Below are positions 18,710 through 28,026 of a stretch of DNA of 64,000 nt, in pieces. Under the pieces are notes generated by a model that was given only the letters and a program-made list of their open reading frames with translations, did not search any database and was not told the DNA's origin. This DNA is from Thermoplasmata archaeon (GTDB taxonomy: Archaea > Thermoplasmatota > Thermoplasmata > Lutacidiplasmatales > UBA184), in NCBI GenBank assembly GCA_033854115.1, contig JAWOKS010000027.1:17290-81289 (forward strand), given 5' to 3'. Position 1 is the stretch's first letter, and each line of letters opens with the position of its first letter. The position numbers and the translations under genes are program-made.

Positions 18710-19201
18710 ATGAAGCCTGCCCGGCAGAAGATGCAGAAGTCCGCGACGACCACCACCGAGATAGGCCGGACGTCCGGGGGCTTCACGCCTGAGGAACGAG
18801 CTGCGATGCGGGAGCGCCCTCAGGAACTGAGAGGGGCCTCGCGTCGCGGTCCGGGCGGGGATACCGCAGACGCGGAGAGGGCCGTGCTCGCGAAGCTCGC
18901 CGAGATGCCCGGGCCGGATCGGGCCATGGGCGGAATAACCCAGGGGATCGTCCGGACCCTGGCCCCGGCGCTCTCGCCGAGGCTTTGGTACGGCATGCCC
19001 GCGTACGCCAAGGGCGGCAAGGTGGTCTGTTTCTTCCGTAGCACCTAGAGGTCCCAGGCGAGGTACGCGACGCTCGGCTCTTCGGACGAGGCGAAGCTCG
19101 ACGAACGCGCGATGTGGCCGACCTACTTCGCGCTGAAGGAGCTGACGCCGGTCGAAGAGGCAAGGACCGCTACCCTCCTGAAGAAGGCAGTCGCCGGAGG
19201 T
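18710..19201 (+). pseudogene. DUF1801 (YdhG-like) domain gene interrupted by an in-frame TAG at 19046-19048
   Basis: N-terminal half: [55 protein letters not shown]. The C-terminal half follows in the same frame after the TAG: [50 protein letters not shown]. The two halves are contiguous in the YdhG family consensus. Confidence 0.5.
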
Positions 19202-19381
19202 CCCGGCCGCCGGTGGCGTCGCGGGCGCCGAGGTCGTCCGTCGCGACCTCGGCGCCCGATCGGCGGAATCGATCCACGTCGGGACCCGACGGAAGGGCAG
19301 GGTCTCCCGGCCCCACCCCGCGGGGTCGGACCCACACGCCGGAGACTGATTCCCCGGTCCAGACTGGGCCGCGCCGACCTA

Positions 19382-21418
19382 TCAGGAGGGGGTCACGGTG
19401 ATCGTTCCGGACATCCCCTGCCCTTCCTGGATGGGGTAGGGCTCGCAGTTCGGGTTGCAGTACCAGGTGAACGTTCCGCTTTCCGAGAAGGTGACGTCGA
19501 AGACGACCACGGCCGGTTGGGACGCGGACGGGGCGGCGGGGAGGGGGGCGTTGATGACGGTCGATCCGACCACGATCGTGAACGTGTGGCTCACGTCCGT
19601 CGTCGGCAACGAGGTGACGTACTCGGGAGCGGCCCCAGGTTGGGCGATGATCTCCTCGGTGCCGTTCTGCGACCCTTGCACTAAGGCCGCCTCGGGGTCG
19701 ACCCCGGAAGCGTTCGTATCGTAGATGGAGAACGTGAACTCGACGGTGGTGTTCTCGGTCACCGTGAAGTTCCCCGGGCAAAACACCTCGGGCCCCCCGA
19801 GGCTCGCGGGCTCGACCGTGCTGTTGACGTACTCGACCGCCGGGGTACCCCCGCCCGACGGCGGGGCAGCGCCACTCCCGAACTGGCCGGATTCGTAGAC
19901 GGCCGCCACGCCGACGACCAGGAGGCTCGCCAACGCGATCGAGACGAGGGCCACCAGGGTGGTGCGCGCGGTGCGGCGGGGAGTCCGCGACGCCGAGGCC
20001 GCAGGGGCCGCGACGCGAGCCGTGAGGCCGGTCCACACCGTCGACAGCCACGAGGCGCCGAGCACGACGAGGCCGGCAGCCGCCACGTAGCCGCCCACGA
20101 CGGAGCCCTCGAGGGCGTAGGAGAGGACGCCCACGAAGGTGATCGTCGAGCCGGCGACCGTGGTCCAGCCGATCCGCGCCTGGACCTTCGGACCGAGAAG
20201 GCGTTCGGCCACCACGATCACGAGGACCGAGAGCATCGTGAGGTAGAACGCGATGAACAGACGCGCCCAGGCCTCGGGAGGGGTGCCGACGTCGGTGCTG
20301 CCGGTGGGCTCGGTGAAGGTGGTCAGGACGGCGAACATGACCAGCCCGAGGAGGGGCATCACGCGCAACGATGCCCCGGACGGAACGCGCCAACCCGGCA
20401 GTCGGCCGCTTCCGACCGCCAGCGCGCCGAGCAAGAGCACGCCCCCGAGGACGAGGAAGACGAAATCGACCGCATCGTTGAGGGCGAGGAAGCTCGGGAC
20501 GCCCGGGAGCGCCATGATCGAGGGCGGGAGATCGCCCGGCCACATCGTGAAGGCGGCGAGGACCGCCATGAGCATCTGCAGGAGGAGGTCGAGGGCGATC
20601 AGGGCGAACCCCACCTGGGCGAAGGTCTTGGCCCTCCCTGCGAGACCGTAGTAGCCGAAGCGGATTGCGACGAGCGCCATCACCCCCGCGGGAACGGCCG
20701 AGATCATGAGGTAGGAGTGGGACGCGATGAGGTTGCTCGCGAAGTCGTTGATCGAGCCTCCGAGCTCCTGCGTCGCGTACCAGCCGATCACCGTGGGATT
20801 GTTCCCGAAGCCAAGGATCGTCCCGGCCAGGTGACCGAGGAGCGCGGCGAAGAGCATGGTGATCCCGGTGAGGCCGACCGTGAGGAACGGGAACGTGCGG
20901 CTCCTCGGGGCGCCCGCCCTCCAGACCTCGAGCATCCCCCAGAGGAGGAGGACGAGGATCTCGTCGAGCGCGAGGAATGCCGCCACCTGGACCCAGAGCC
21001 CCACGCTCGTCCAGGGGGCCGACGTGTTGAACACCGCCCCGATGGGCGAGAGGACGCCGGCGAAGAGCGCCCCGCCGAGGATGCCGCGCCGGACGCGGAG
21101 GGAAGGGAGTTCGAGGAGGTCGCACGCGACGAGCGCGGCGAGACCGACGAGCCCCGTGTTGAGGCCGTGCAGGTACATCACGACCCAGTAGTAGTTCGAG
21201 AACCCCGCTCCGATGTTCCAGTTCGTGGTCCCCGGTCCGCCGACGAACGGGTTGTTCACGAAGATGCTACCCGCGAAGAAGACCGTGATCCAGAAGATGA
21301 GGAAGAGGGAGACCCGGCGCGGGGTGAGCCACGCGAGCCGGGGGAACAGCCTTCCTTCCTTCTCCTCGAAAAAGGCGGTGGAACCCGCCTGCGCCTTCGC
21401 TTCGCTGCCCTGCGCCAT
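19382..21418 (-). CDS. large polytopic membrane protein (about 14 TM) with a C-terminal extracellular cupredoxin/COX2-like domain
   Basis: Long hydrophobic core. The C-terminal ~140 aa ([12 protein letters not shown]...[10 protein letters not shown]...[31 protein letters not shown]) is paralogous to the protein at 42389..42937. The ATG at 21418 is chosen over ~118 aa of upstream low-complexity extension. Confidence 0.6.
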   Translation of the reverse strand: MAQGSEAKAQAGSTAFFEEKEGRLFPRLAWLTPRRVSLFLIFWITVFFAGSIFVNNPFVGGPGTTNWNIGAGFSNYYWVVMYLHGLNTGLVGLAALVACDLLELPSLRVRRGILGGALFAGVLSPIGAVFNTSAPWTSVGLWVQVAAFLALDEILVLLLWGMLEVWRAGAPRSRTFPFLTVGLTGITMLFAALLGHLAGTILGFGNNPTVIGWYATQELGGSINDFASNLIASHSYLMISAVPAGVMALVAIRFGYYGLAGRAKTFAQVGFALIALDLLLQMLMAVLAAFTMWPGDLPPSIMALPGVPSFLALNDAVDFVFLVLGGVLLLGALAVGSGRLPGWRVPSGASLRVMPLLGLVMFAVLTTFTEPTGSTDVGTPPEAWARLFIAFYLTMLSVLVIVVAERLLGPKVQARIGWTTVAGSTITFVGVLSYALEGSVVGGYVAAAGLVVLGASWLSTVWTGLTARVAAPAASASRTPRRTARTTLVALVSIALASLLVVGVAAVYESGQFGSGAAPPSGGGTPAVEYVNSTVEPASLGGPEVFCPGNFTVTENTTVEFTFSIYDTNASGVDPEAALVQGSQNGTEEIIAQPGAAPEYVTSLPTTDVSHTFTIVVGSTVINAPLPAAPSASQPAVVVFDVTFSESGTFTWYCNPNCEPYPIQEGQGMSGTITVTPS

Positions 21419-21477
21419 CCCCGGTGCCTCTTGAGAAGGCTGACCAAGGTGGGGACTTTTCTCCGTACTCTCCTGAT

Positions 21478-21492
21478 TCTCCTGACCCCGGG
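21478..21492 (-). promoter_or_regulatory. candidate archaeal TATA box (TTAAATA on the minus strand) for the 19382..21418 gene
   Basis: AT-rich island ggtatttaagcgc in otherwise ~70% GC DNA, about 60-70 nt upstream of the chosen ATG. It lies in a divergent intergenic region. Confidence 0.3.
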
Positions 21493-21735
21493 CAGGGGGG
21501 TATTTAAGCGCAGGAAGGCACGTCCTTTCGGGCCCGCGCCGAGCTCGCATCAAGGGCCGGGGAGAGAACCCGGGTCGCTGCGCTGTGCCGACGAGGCCGC
21601 TATCCGGGTCGGCCCAAGGGCGGTCCCGACCTACGTCTCCACCGGTAGGGGGGCTCCGCCCGCAGCGGATCTCGCTCGTGCGACGGTCCTCCCCCGACGA
21701 TGCTTCACTCCCCTTAAGTGACGCCGAAGGACTCC

Positions 21736-22470
21736 ATGGAGGCCATCGCCATGCCTCCTGCAATCTCGGTCCCATCCCTGCTCGGGATCACCGTCCGGAG
21801 ATCGGCGACGATGGGGCGGTACTACCTCGCGTACGGGTCCGTCATGACCTGCCTGGTCGGTGCGTCCCTCGCGTTCGCCACGGGCTCGTCGTTCGTGACC
21901 GCCTTTCCCGTGCTCCTTCCCATCTTTGGCACGGTGGGTTCGATGGGGGCACTCACGGTCTTCACCAGCGACCGGATGAAGGGAACGCTCGAGTACTTCC
22001 TTGCCTACGGGATCTCTCCCCAGCGATTGTTCACGAACGTGATGGTGGCCAGCCTGGTCCTGGTCAGCGTCGTCGTCGGAATCGCCACCACCGCCAGCCT
22101 GGTGATCTACTTGGCTCGGGGGAACCCCCCGTCCGGGGCCTTGGCCCTCGGACTCGGTCTCTACGCGTTCCCGATGAGCTACGCCTCCGCAGCTCTGGCC
22201 ACGATGGTCGGCACGTACTGGTCGGCGCTCTCCTCGCCCCGAGGCGTGGTCAGCAGCCCGATCGGGCTCGCGCCGCTGTTCGGGATCGCGCCTTCGGTCG
22301 CGGTGCTGCTCATCATCGCGGCCGTCGGTGTGACGACGGCGAACCTCGCGACCTCGACCGTGGTCGAGATCGCCGTGTCGGGGATGGCGGTGACCGCGTT
22401 CGCGGCGATCGTGCTGCTCGCGTCCAGCGGACGGCTCCTTCGAAGGGAGCGTCTCCTGTCGTCCTCGTGA
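21736..22470 (+). CDS. ABC transporter permease (ABC-2 type)
   Basis: Six hydrophobic helices. Immediately upstream (10-nt gap) of an ABC ATPase. Start ambiguous among GTG 21718, ATG 21736 and ATG 21751. Confidence 0.6.
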   Translation: MEAIAMPPAISVPSLLGITVRRSATMGRYYLAYGSVMTCLVGASLAFATGSSFVTAFPVLLPIFGTVGSMGALTVFTSDRMKGTLEYFLAYGISPQRLFTNVMVASLVLVSVVVGIATTASLVIYLARGNPPSGALALGLGLYAFPMSYASAALATMVGTYWSALSSPRGVVSSPIGLAPLFGIAPSVAVLLIIAAVGVTTANLATSTVVEIAVSGMAVTAFAAIVLLASSGRLLRRERLLSSS

Positions 22471-22480
22471 GGGGGCGCTG

Positions 22481-23380
22481 ATGGGGATCGCGACACCGCT
22501 CACGCAAGGTCACGGCGAGGGGTCGGGCCCTCAGGAGCCCCGGATCGTCTGCCAGTCGTTGAGCTCCGGCTACTTGGGAACGGACGTCCTCCACGACATC
22601 TCGTTCACCGTCGAGAAGCCGGCGGTGTACGTCGTTCTCGGACCGAACGGGGCCGGCAAGACGACCCTCTTCCGGACGATCTCGGGGATCCTTCGCCCCA
22701 CTCACGGAGAGGTCCACCTCGGAGGTATCCGGGCCGACCGGGCGGGCGCGACCGGTCAGCTCCACTACCTGTCCCACCTCGACGGAATGCCGGAGGGCCT
22801 CACGGTCCGCGAGGCCCTCGAGATGTACGCCCGGGTCGAGCAGGCAGGTCCCGACGACATCGAGCGGGTGCTAGACCTCCTCGGGATCCGAGACCTGGCC
22901 GGCCAGTTCCTCTCGCAGCTGAGCGCCGGACAACGGAAACGGGCGTCGGTCGCGCGCCTCTTCCTCCGGGAGCGATCGATCTACCTCCTCGACGAGCCGA
23001 CGGCCAACCTTGACCCGAAGATGGCGCGGGAGATCCGCACCCTCATCCTCGGGCTCGCCCGGGACAAGATCGTTCTCTACTCCTCGCACAACCTGTTCGA
23101 GGCCCGAGAGATCGGCCGCTACGTCCTCCTTCTCCGGGGGGGTCGCCTCCAGCTCTTCAGCGCCATCGAGGATGTTCGGGGGGCACGGTTCGTGATCGGG
23201 GTACGCGTGCTCGAACGTTCCGAGGTCCTCACCGGTTGGCCGCGGGAGGGAGACTACTACACGCGCGAGCTCTCGGGACCCGAGGAGGTGCCGGCACTCC
23301 TGAGGGAGCTCGACGCTCAAGGGGTCAAGATCCGCGAGCTGCGGGAAATGAACAATCCCCTCGAGGACCTGTTCACGTGA
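22481..23380 (+). CDS. ABC transporter ATP-binding protein
   Basis: Walker A GPNGAGKTTLF, signature LSAGQRKRASVARL, Walker B IYLLDEPTANLD, H-loop SSHNL. Confidence 0.85.
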   Translation: MGIATPLTQGHGEGSGPQEPRIVCQSLSSGYLGTDVLHDISFTVEKPAVYVVLGPNGAGKTTLFRTISGILRPTHGEVHLGGIRADRAGATGQLHYLSHLDGMPEGLTVREALEMYARVEQAGPDDIERVLDLLGIRDLAGQFLSQLSAGQRKRASVARLFLRERSIYLLDEPTANLDPKMAREIRTLILGLARDKIVLYSSHNLFEAREIGRYVLLLRGGRLQLFSAIEDVRGARFVIGVRVLERSEVLTGWPREGDYYTRELSGPEEVPALLRELDAQGVKIRELREMNNPLEDLFT

Positions 23381-23564
23381 AGGAGGGTCCGGACGGGTTC
23401 GGGCCCCCCCCCGCCAGCGGCAGGATTCCAGCCGCAGCGCGAGGAGAGCGGTGCGGGGGCGGAATGAGAGACGTCGGCGCTCGTGGGAGCACCCCTCGAA
23501 GCGCCCCTAGGCGGGGGTTCTCGGCCCCTGGTACGTTTACCTAGGCGATGGGCTCGGTCCGTGC

Positions 23565-24320
23565 ATGTGCCATTCGGACGATTCGAGGGCCCCCGAACCT
23601 CCCCGACGAGTCCCGGTCGGCGAGCGACGCGAGGTGGAGCTCACCGCGTCGGATGGGAACCGCTTCCGCGCCTACTTCGCATCGGCCGCGGGCAGGGTGT
23701 CGGCGGGAGTGGTGATCCTTCCGGACGTCCGGGGGCTGCACCCCTACTACGAGGACCTCGCCGTCCGGTTCGCGGAGGCCGGCTGTCGCGCGGTCGCGAT
23801 CGACTACTTTGGTCGCACCGCGGGGACGGCACGACGGGATGACACGTTCGACTGGAAGGCGCACGTCGAGAAGACCACGGCGGAAGGTATCGCTCGGGAC
23901 GTCCGCGCCGCGGTGGACCGGCTCGAGGGCCCCCGGAACGGGTCGAGGCTCCCGATCTTCACCGTGGGATTCTGCTTCGGCGGGTCCAACTCGTGGCGCC
24001 AGTCGGCGGAAGGCCATGGTCTTGCCGGGTGCGTCGGTTTCTACGGCGGACGACCGATGGAGCGCGTCGGCCCTTGGATCCCGAAGATGAAGTCGCCGCT
24101 TCTGATGTTGCTCGCCGGGAGCGATCGCGGCACGCCCGCCACCGAGTTCGAGGAGTTCGCCGGTAGAGTACGCGGAGCCGGGGTCGAGGTCGAGTCCCAC
24201 ACGTACCCGGGGGCGCCCCACAGCTTCTTCGACCGGTCGTTCGCGGACCACCGGGAGGCGTGCGCGGATGCGTGGGAGAGGGTCCTCGGCTTCATGGAGC
24301 GTCATTCCGCGAGGACCTGA
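23565..24320 (+). CDS. dienelactone hydrolase family protein (alpha/beta hydrolase)
   Basis: ILPDVRGLHPYYEDLAVRFAEAGCRAVAIDYFGR and the nucleophile elbow GFCFGG are typical of DLH. Confidence 0.75.
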   Translation: MCHSDDSRAPEPPRRVPVGERREVELTASDGNRFRAYFASAAGRVSAGVVILPDVRGLHPYYEDLAVRFAEAGCRAVAIDYFGRTAGTARRDDTFDWKAHVEKTTAEGIARDVRAAVDRLEGPRNGSRLPIFTVGFCFGGSNSWRQSAEGHGLAGCVGFYGGRPMERVGPWIPKMKSPLLMLLAGSDRGTPATEFEEFAGRVRGAGVEVESHTYPGAPHSFFDRSFADHREACADAWERVLGFMERHSART

Positions 24321-24561
24321 ACCGCGCCTCTCGTGTCACGGCGCGGCGGCGGATCCTCCCACATCCCCGCGAACGCCTTTGGCCGCCCCAGACGCCGGGA
24401 CGGTGCCCGAGGCTAGATGCTACGGCCCTCGACAGGGCGGCACGTGTTCCCCTCGAACGCCCGGGCATCTCGTCTTCCGCGACCGACCCACGGGCGAAGG
24501 CATCCTCGTCCGGTGGTCGGTAGGTCCCTCTTGGAACCGCCCCTCGAAGGAGGCAGCGGCC

Positions 24562-25113
24562 TCAGGCGTCGCTCGGCCCCGGCATCCATCCGGTCTCGAG
24601 GACCCAGTCGTGGGCTTCCTGCAGCAGCTTCCAGACGACCGGCGCCTTGGCGCGGACGTAGGCGTCGCGGTCGTGGCGGAACCACTCGGCCAGCGCGTGC
24701 TTCTCCCGAGCGTACTCCCGGGCGACCGGTGGATGGCTCCGAAGGTAGTCCCTCAGGAGCAGGTTCAGCTGCTCGTCGAACGACCCAGCGCGACGCACGT
24801 GGATATGGGTTCGGCGAGTCCCGGGGGGTTCCCGGAAGAACCGCTTGGAACGGTCCGTGTTCTCGACCTGAAGGACGTACCCGAGGCTCTCCAACGCCTC
24901 TCGGTAGGGACGGTCCGGTTCGAGAGAGGCGACCGAGACCTGGAGGTCGAGGACCGGCTTCGCGTCGAGCCCGGGCACGGAGGTCGACCCGATGTGGTCG
25001 ATCCGAAAGGCCCTCGACCCGAGCGCCGACCGAAGGCGGACCGCGATCTCCCGGAATTCGTCGGGCCAGCGTCGGTCGCTGGCGACGACGACCACGGATT
25101 CCTCGGGTTCCAT
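24562..25113 (-). CDS. GrpB family protein (UPF0157, nucleotidyltransferase-like)
   Basis: IDHIGSTSVPGLDAKPVLDLQV and THIHVR motifs are characteristic of GrpB. Confidence 0.7.
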   Translation of the reverse strand: MEPEESVVVVASDRRWPDEFREIAVRLRSALGSRAFRIDHIGSTSVPGLDAKPVLDLQVSVASLEPDRPYREALESLGYVLQVENTDRSKRFFREPPGTRRTHIHVRRAGSFDEQLNLLLRDYLRSHPPVAREYAREKHALAEWFRHDRDAYVRAKAPVVWKLLQEAHDWVLETGWMPGPSDA

Positions 25114-25374
25114 CGAAGCCCAGGGAGCGCCGACCCGTTTACCTGTTCGCCCCGGGTTTCGCGCGAGCGAACACCGATCTTCCCGCCGCGGGCGGGACCC
25201 TTTCCGGGCCCGTGGAAGGCTGGGCGAACGCGGTTCGTTTCGGGAAGGGAAGTCCCCGTGCTGCCCGTCAGAGGGGAGACAGGGTCCCCCGGGGCAGCCG
25301 GATCCAGGGCCGCCCTCCGCACCCGGTCGCGAAGGGACCCCGAGGACCCGGCTGGAGCGCGGGCGCGCTCAGGC

Positions 25375-26883
25375 TCAGATCGATCGTAGGGCGGCCAGGT
25401 CCGCTCGGAGGGCCGAGAGCCATCCGCTCGCGAGGCTCGAGCCCGGGAGCGCGCCGCCGACCGGGGTCAGCGCCACCGCCGGGGCGGCGACAGACCGGGA
25501 CTTGAAGCTGATGTGCGTCGCGAGGGCCGTGCCGGTCACCTTGAAGTGCTTCATCGGGAAGCCGCCCGTTCCCTTCCAGCCGGTCAGCGGCAGCAGCTTG
25601 TAGTGGTACTTGCCGGTCGGGAGACTGAAGGTGACGAGCCCCCGGGCCGCGTGGGACGTGCGGACGTGCTGAGGGTGGCCGAGGAGAAGGTGGCCCGTCT
25701 TTCCCACGATCTTGAGACCCCAATCCGTCCCGCTCGGGAGGCCCGATTCGTTGAACGTTACGTTGTACGTCGGGAGCGCCGTGAAGGTCACGTTGATCGT
25801 GAGCGCGCTGCCGGTGACGTTGAACGATCCGACGAGGACGCTCGCCACGTAGCCGTCCACTTCCTCGACGTGGAAGCGGTAGGACCCGTTCATCAGCATG
25901 AACGCCATCGAACTCGTGGACGAGGTCTGAGCCCCCGCCACGTCGCTCGCGTCGTCCTCGGCGCCCCCGAGGTCACCCTGATCCCCGAGGTGGCTCGTGC
26001 CGTGGACGGAGACCGTCCAGTTCGTGCCGTTGGCGAGCCCGGTCTCGATGAACGTCACGGCGAACGTGGGGGCAACCCCGAAGGCGACCGCGATGGGAGG
26101 GGGCGAGGCCCCGGAGACGTTGAACGAGCCGTTCGCGGGTCCGATGATCGAGTAGTTCGTGACGTTGTCGACCGTGTAGTTGTAGCTCCCGTTCGGCAGA
26201 TAGAAGGTGAGCGTGGAGGTGTTCGAGCTGTTGAAACCGGGGGCGCCTCCGTCCCCACCGTCCCCGCTGTCCTGGGAGGATCCTCCGAGGCTGGAGTTGG
26301 TCTGGTTGGTGAGGTTCGTCCCGTTGGTCTGGTTCGTCTCGTTGCCTCCCTGCTGGTTGCCCTGACCGTTGTCGCCCTGGTTGTTCCCCCCGAACTCTCC
26401 GAGCGTGATGCTCCAGTTCGTGCCGGGGGCGAGGCCGGTCTCCGTGAACGTGACCGCGTAGAGAGTAGGTGCCCCGAAGTGGACCGTGAGGGGCGCGGGG
26501 GAGGCCCCGGCGACCGAGAAGCTCCCGGAGTCGGGCGTCGCTCCGGTGTCGTTGACCTCGGGGACCTGGAAGAAGTAGCTGCCGTTGGCGAGAGAGAACG
26601 TGATCGTGGGGGACGTCGACGACTGGAGGAGCGCACCGTCATCGTCCTCGCACTGGGGGGTGATGCAGACCTGGACGCTCCAGTTCGTGCCGGCGGCGAG
26701 GCCCGTTTCGGTGAAGGTGACCGTGTAGTTGCTTCCCGAGACCATGGGGCTCGGACCCGACGTAGGAGCCGCTCGAGGGGCGCCCTGAAGCCCCGCGGAG
26801 ACCCCTGCTCCGACCAGAATCAACGATGCTACAAGTACGCCGCTACCCAGAATCGCCCAGAGGGCCGCCCGAGCTACCGCCAT
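25375..26883 (-). CDS. secreted/S-layer-type repeat protein with four ~95-aa 'TF.E.GL..GT.W' Ig-like repeats and extremely dense N-glycosylation sequons
   Basis: Signal peptide MAVARAALWAILGSGVLVASLILVGAG. Repeats: YTVTFTETGLAAGTNWSV / YAVTFTETGLAPGTNWSI / FAVTFIETGLANGTNWTV / YNVTFNESGLPSGTDWGL. Linker NETNQTNGTNLTNQTNSS carries six consecutive NxS/T sequons. Confidence 0.6.
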   Translation of the reverse strand: MAVARAALWAILGSGVLVASLILVGAGVSAGLQGAPRAAPTSGPSPMVSGSNYTVTFTETGLAAGTNWSVQVCITPQCEDDDGALLQSSTSPTITFSLANGSYFFQVPEVNDTGATPDSGSFSVAGASPAPLTVHFGAPTLYAVTFTETGLAPGTNWSITLGEFGGNNQGDNGQGNQQGGNETNQTNGTNLTNQTNSSLGGSSQDSGDGGDGGAPGFNSSNTSTLTFYLPNGSYNYTVDNVTNYSIIGPANGSFNVSGASPPPIAVAFGVAPTFAVTFIETGLANGTNWTVSVHGTSHLGDQGDLGGAEDDASDVAGAQTSSTSSMAFMLMNGSYRFHVEEVDGYVASVLVGSFNVTGSALTINVTFTALPTYNVTFNESGLPSGTDWGLKIVGKTGHLLLGHPQHVRTSHAARGLVTFSLPTGKYHYKLLPLTGWKGTGGFPMKHFKVTGTALATHISFKSRSVAAPAVALTPVGGALPGSSLASGWLSALRADLAALRSI

Positions 26884-27235
26884 GCCCGCCTCAGGACGGG
26901 GCGAGGAGGGTCCCCCCATAAAGGCCGCTTGGTGCAAATCCCGAATCTTCTGGTGCACGAGCCAGTGTCGCATCGGTCGACCCCGGCGAGAGGGGTATCC
27001 GGGAAGCCCTACCGTTCGTGCCCGGCTCGAGACCGTTCGAGGAGGAGGTGGCGTCCGCAGACCGGCGCTCGTCCCCGGCCGCCGAGAGTCCCCGGGAGAG
27101 GCGCTGCTCGGAAAGCCGAGGGACACCTCGGGTCACCGTTGATAACCGTTCGAAGGGAGGGTCAAGCTCGATTCACCCCGACCAAACCCTAATACGTCCG
27201 CACGGCCCCCGCCTCCCCGACAGGGGGGCCAGGTC

Positions 27236-27658
27236 ATGAGCATCGTCCAGGACTTCAAGAAGTTCCTCGTGCGGGGAGACCTCGTCTCGATGGCCGTGGC
27301 GTTCGTCGTCGGCTTGGCGATCGTCGCACTCATCACGGCCCTCGTGAACGACATCATCAACCCTCTCATCGGAGCCGCCGGTCACGTGGACTTCGCCAGC
27401 CTCGGGGTCCTGACGATCAACAACAGCCCGGTGCTCGGCGGGGCGTTCCTTGGCGCCATCATCAATTTCATCATCCTGATGGCCGTCGTGTTCTTCGCCA
27501 TCGCCTATCCGTATCAGAAGGCGATGGAGCGGCAGGCCGCCCGCGAGGGTCCGAAAGCCGCAACGAAGCGCGACTGCCCGTACTGCTTCAACTCGATCCC
27601 GGTGAAGGCAACGCGGTGCGGGTTCTGCACGGCGACGGTCACCCCGGCGAGCTCCTGA
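27236..27658 (+). CDS. mscL: large-conductance mechanosensitive channel MscL with a C-terminal CxxC...CxxC extension
   Basis: MSIVQDFKKFLVRGDLVSMAVAFVVGLAIVALITALVNDIINPLIG is the MscL TM1 signature. The C-terminus has CPYC...CGFC. Confidence 0.8.
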   Translation: MSIVQDFKKFLVRGDLVSMAVAFVVGLAIVALITALVNDIINPLIGAAGHVDFASLGVLTINNSPVLGGAFLGAIINFIILMAVVFFAIAYPYQKAMERQAAREGPKAATKRDCPYCFNSIPVKATRCGFCTATVTPASS

Positions 27659-28026
27659 ACCGGCCACGACCGGGACCCGCCGGCAAGGGAACGACGGAAC
27701 ACCGCCCTCCGCCGGAACCGCCCGCGTCCTCACGGACCGCACCCCGGGGTCGCCGGACGCGGCTGAGCGGGAGGCCGGAAGGATTCGGATCGGGGGGGTC
27801 CGTCCGCGGGACGCGCTCGAGGGACCCTCGACACGGGACGGCCTCGGAACGCCGTCTTCCCGAGCTTCGTCCCTCTGGACCCCTTCGGACCCTAAAGCGG
27901 AAGGGAGAGGGAGGAAGGGGTTGACCCCGACCCTGCCCTCTTCTCAGGGGGCCGGGCGGAGACCTTGACGTTGCCCGCTCCGGAACGGGGTCGCTGGTGA
28001 GCCCCCGGGCCGGAATGGCCAGCGGT

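Noticed and set aside
19170-21125. 651-aa minus-strand ORF in an alternative frame (Arg/Pro-rich), plus the 334-aa plus-strand ORF 20717..21721
   Set aside because: Both overlap the hydrophobic 14-TM gene (19382..21418), which has coherent TM periodicity and a paralogous C-terminal domain. The alternatives are compositionally junk.
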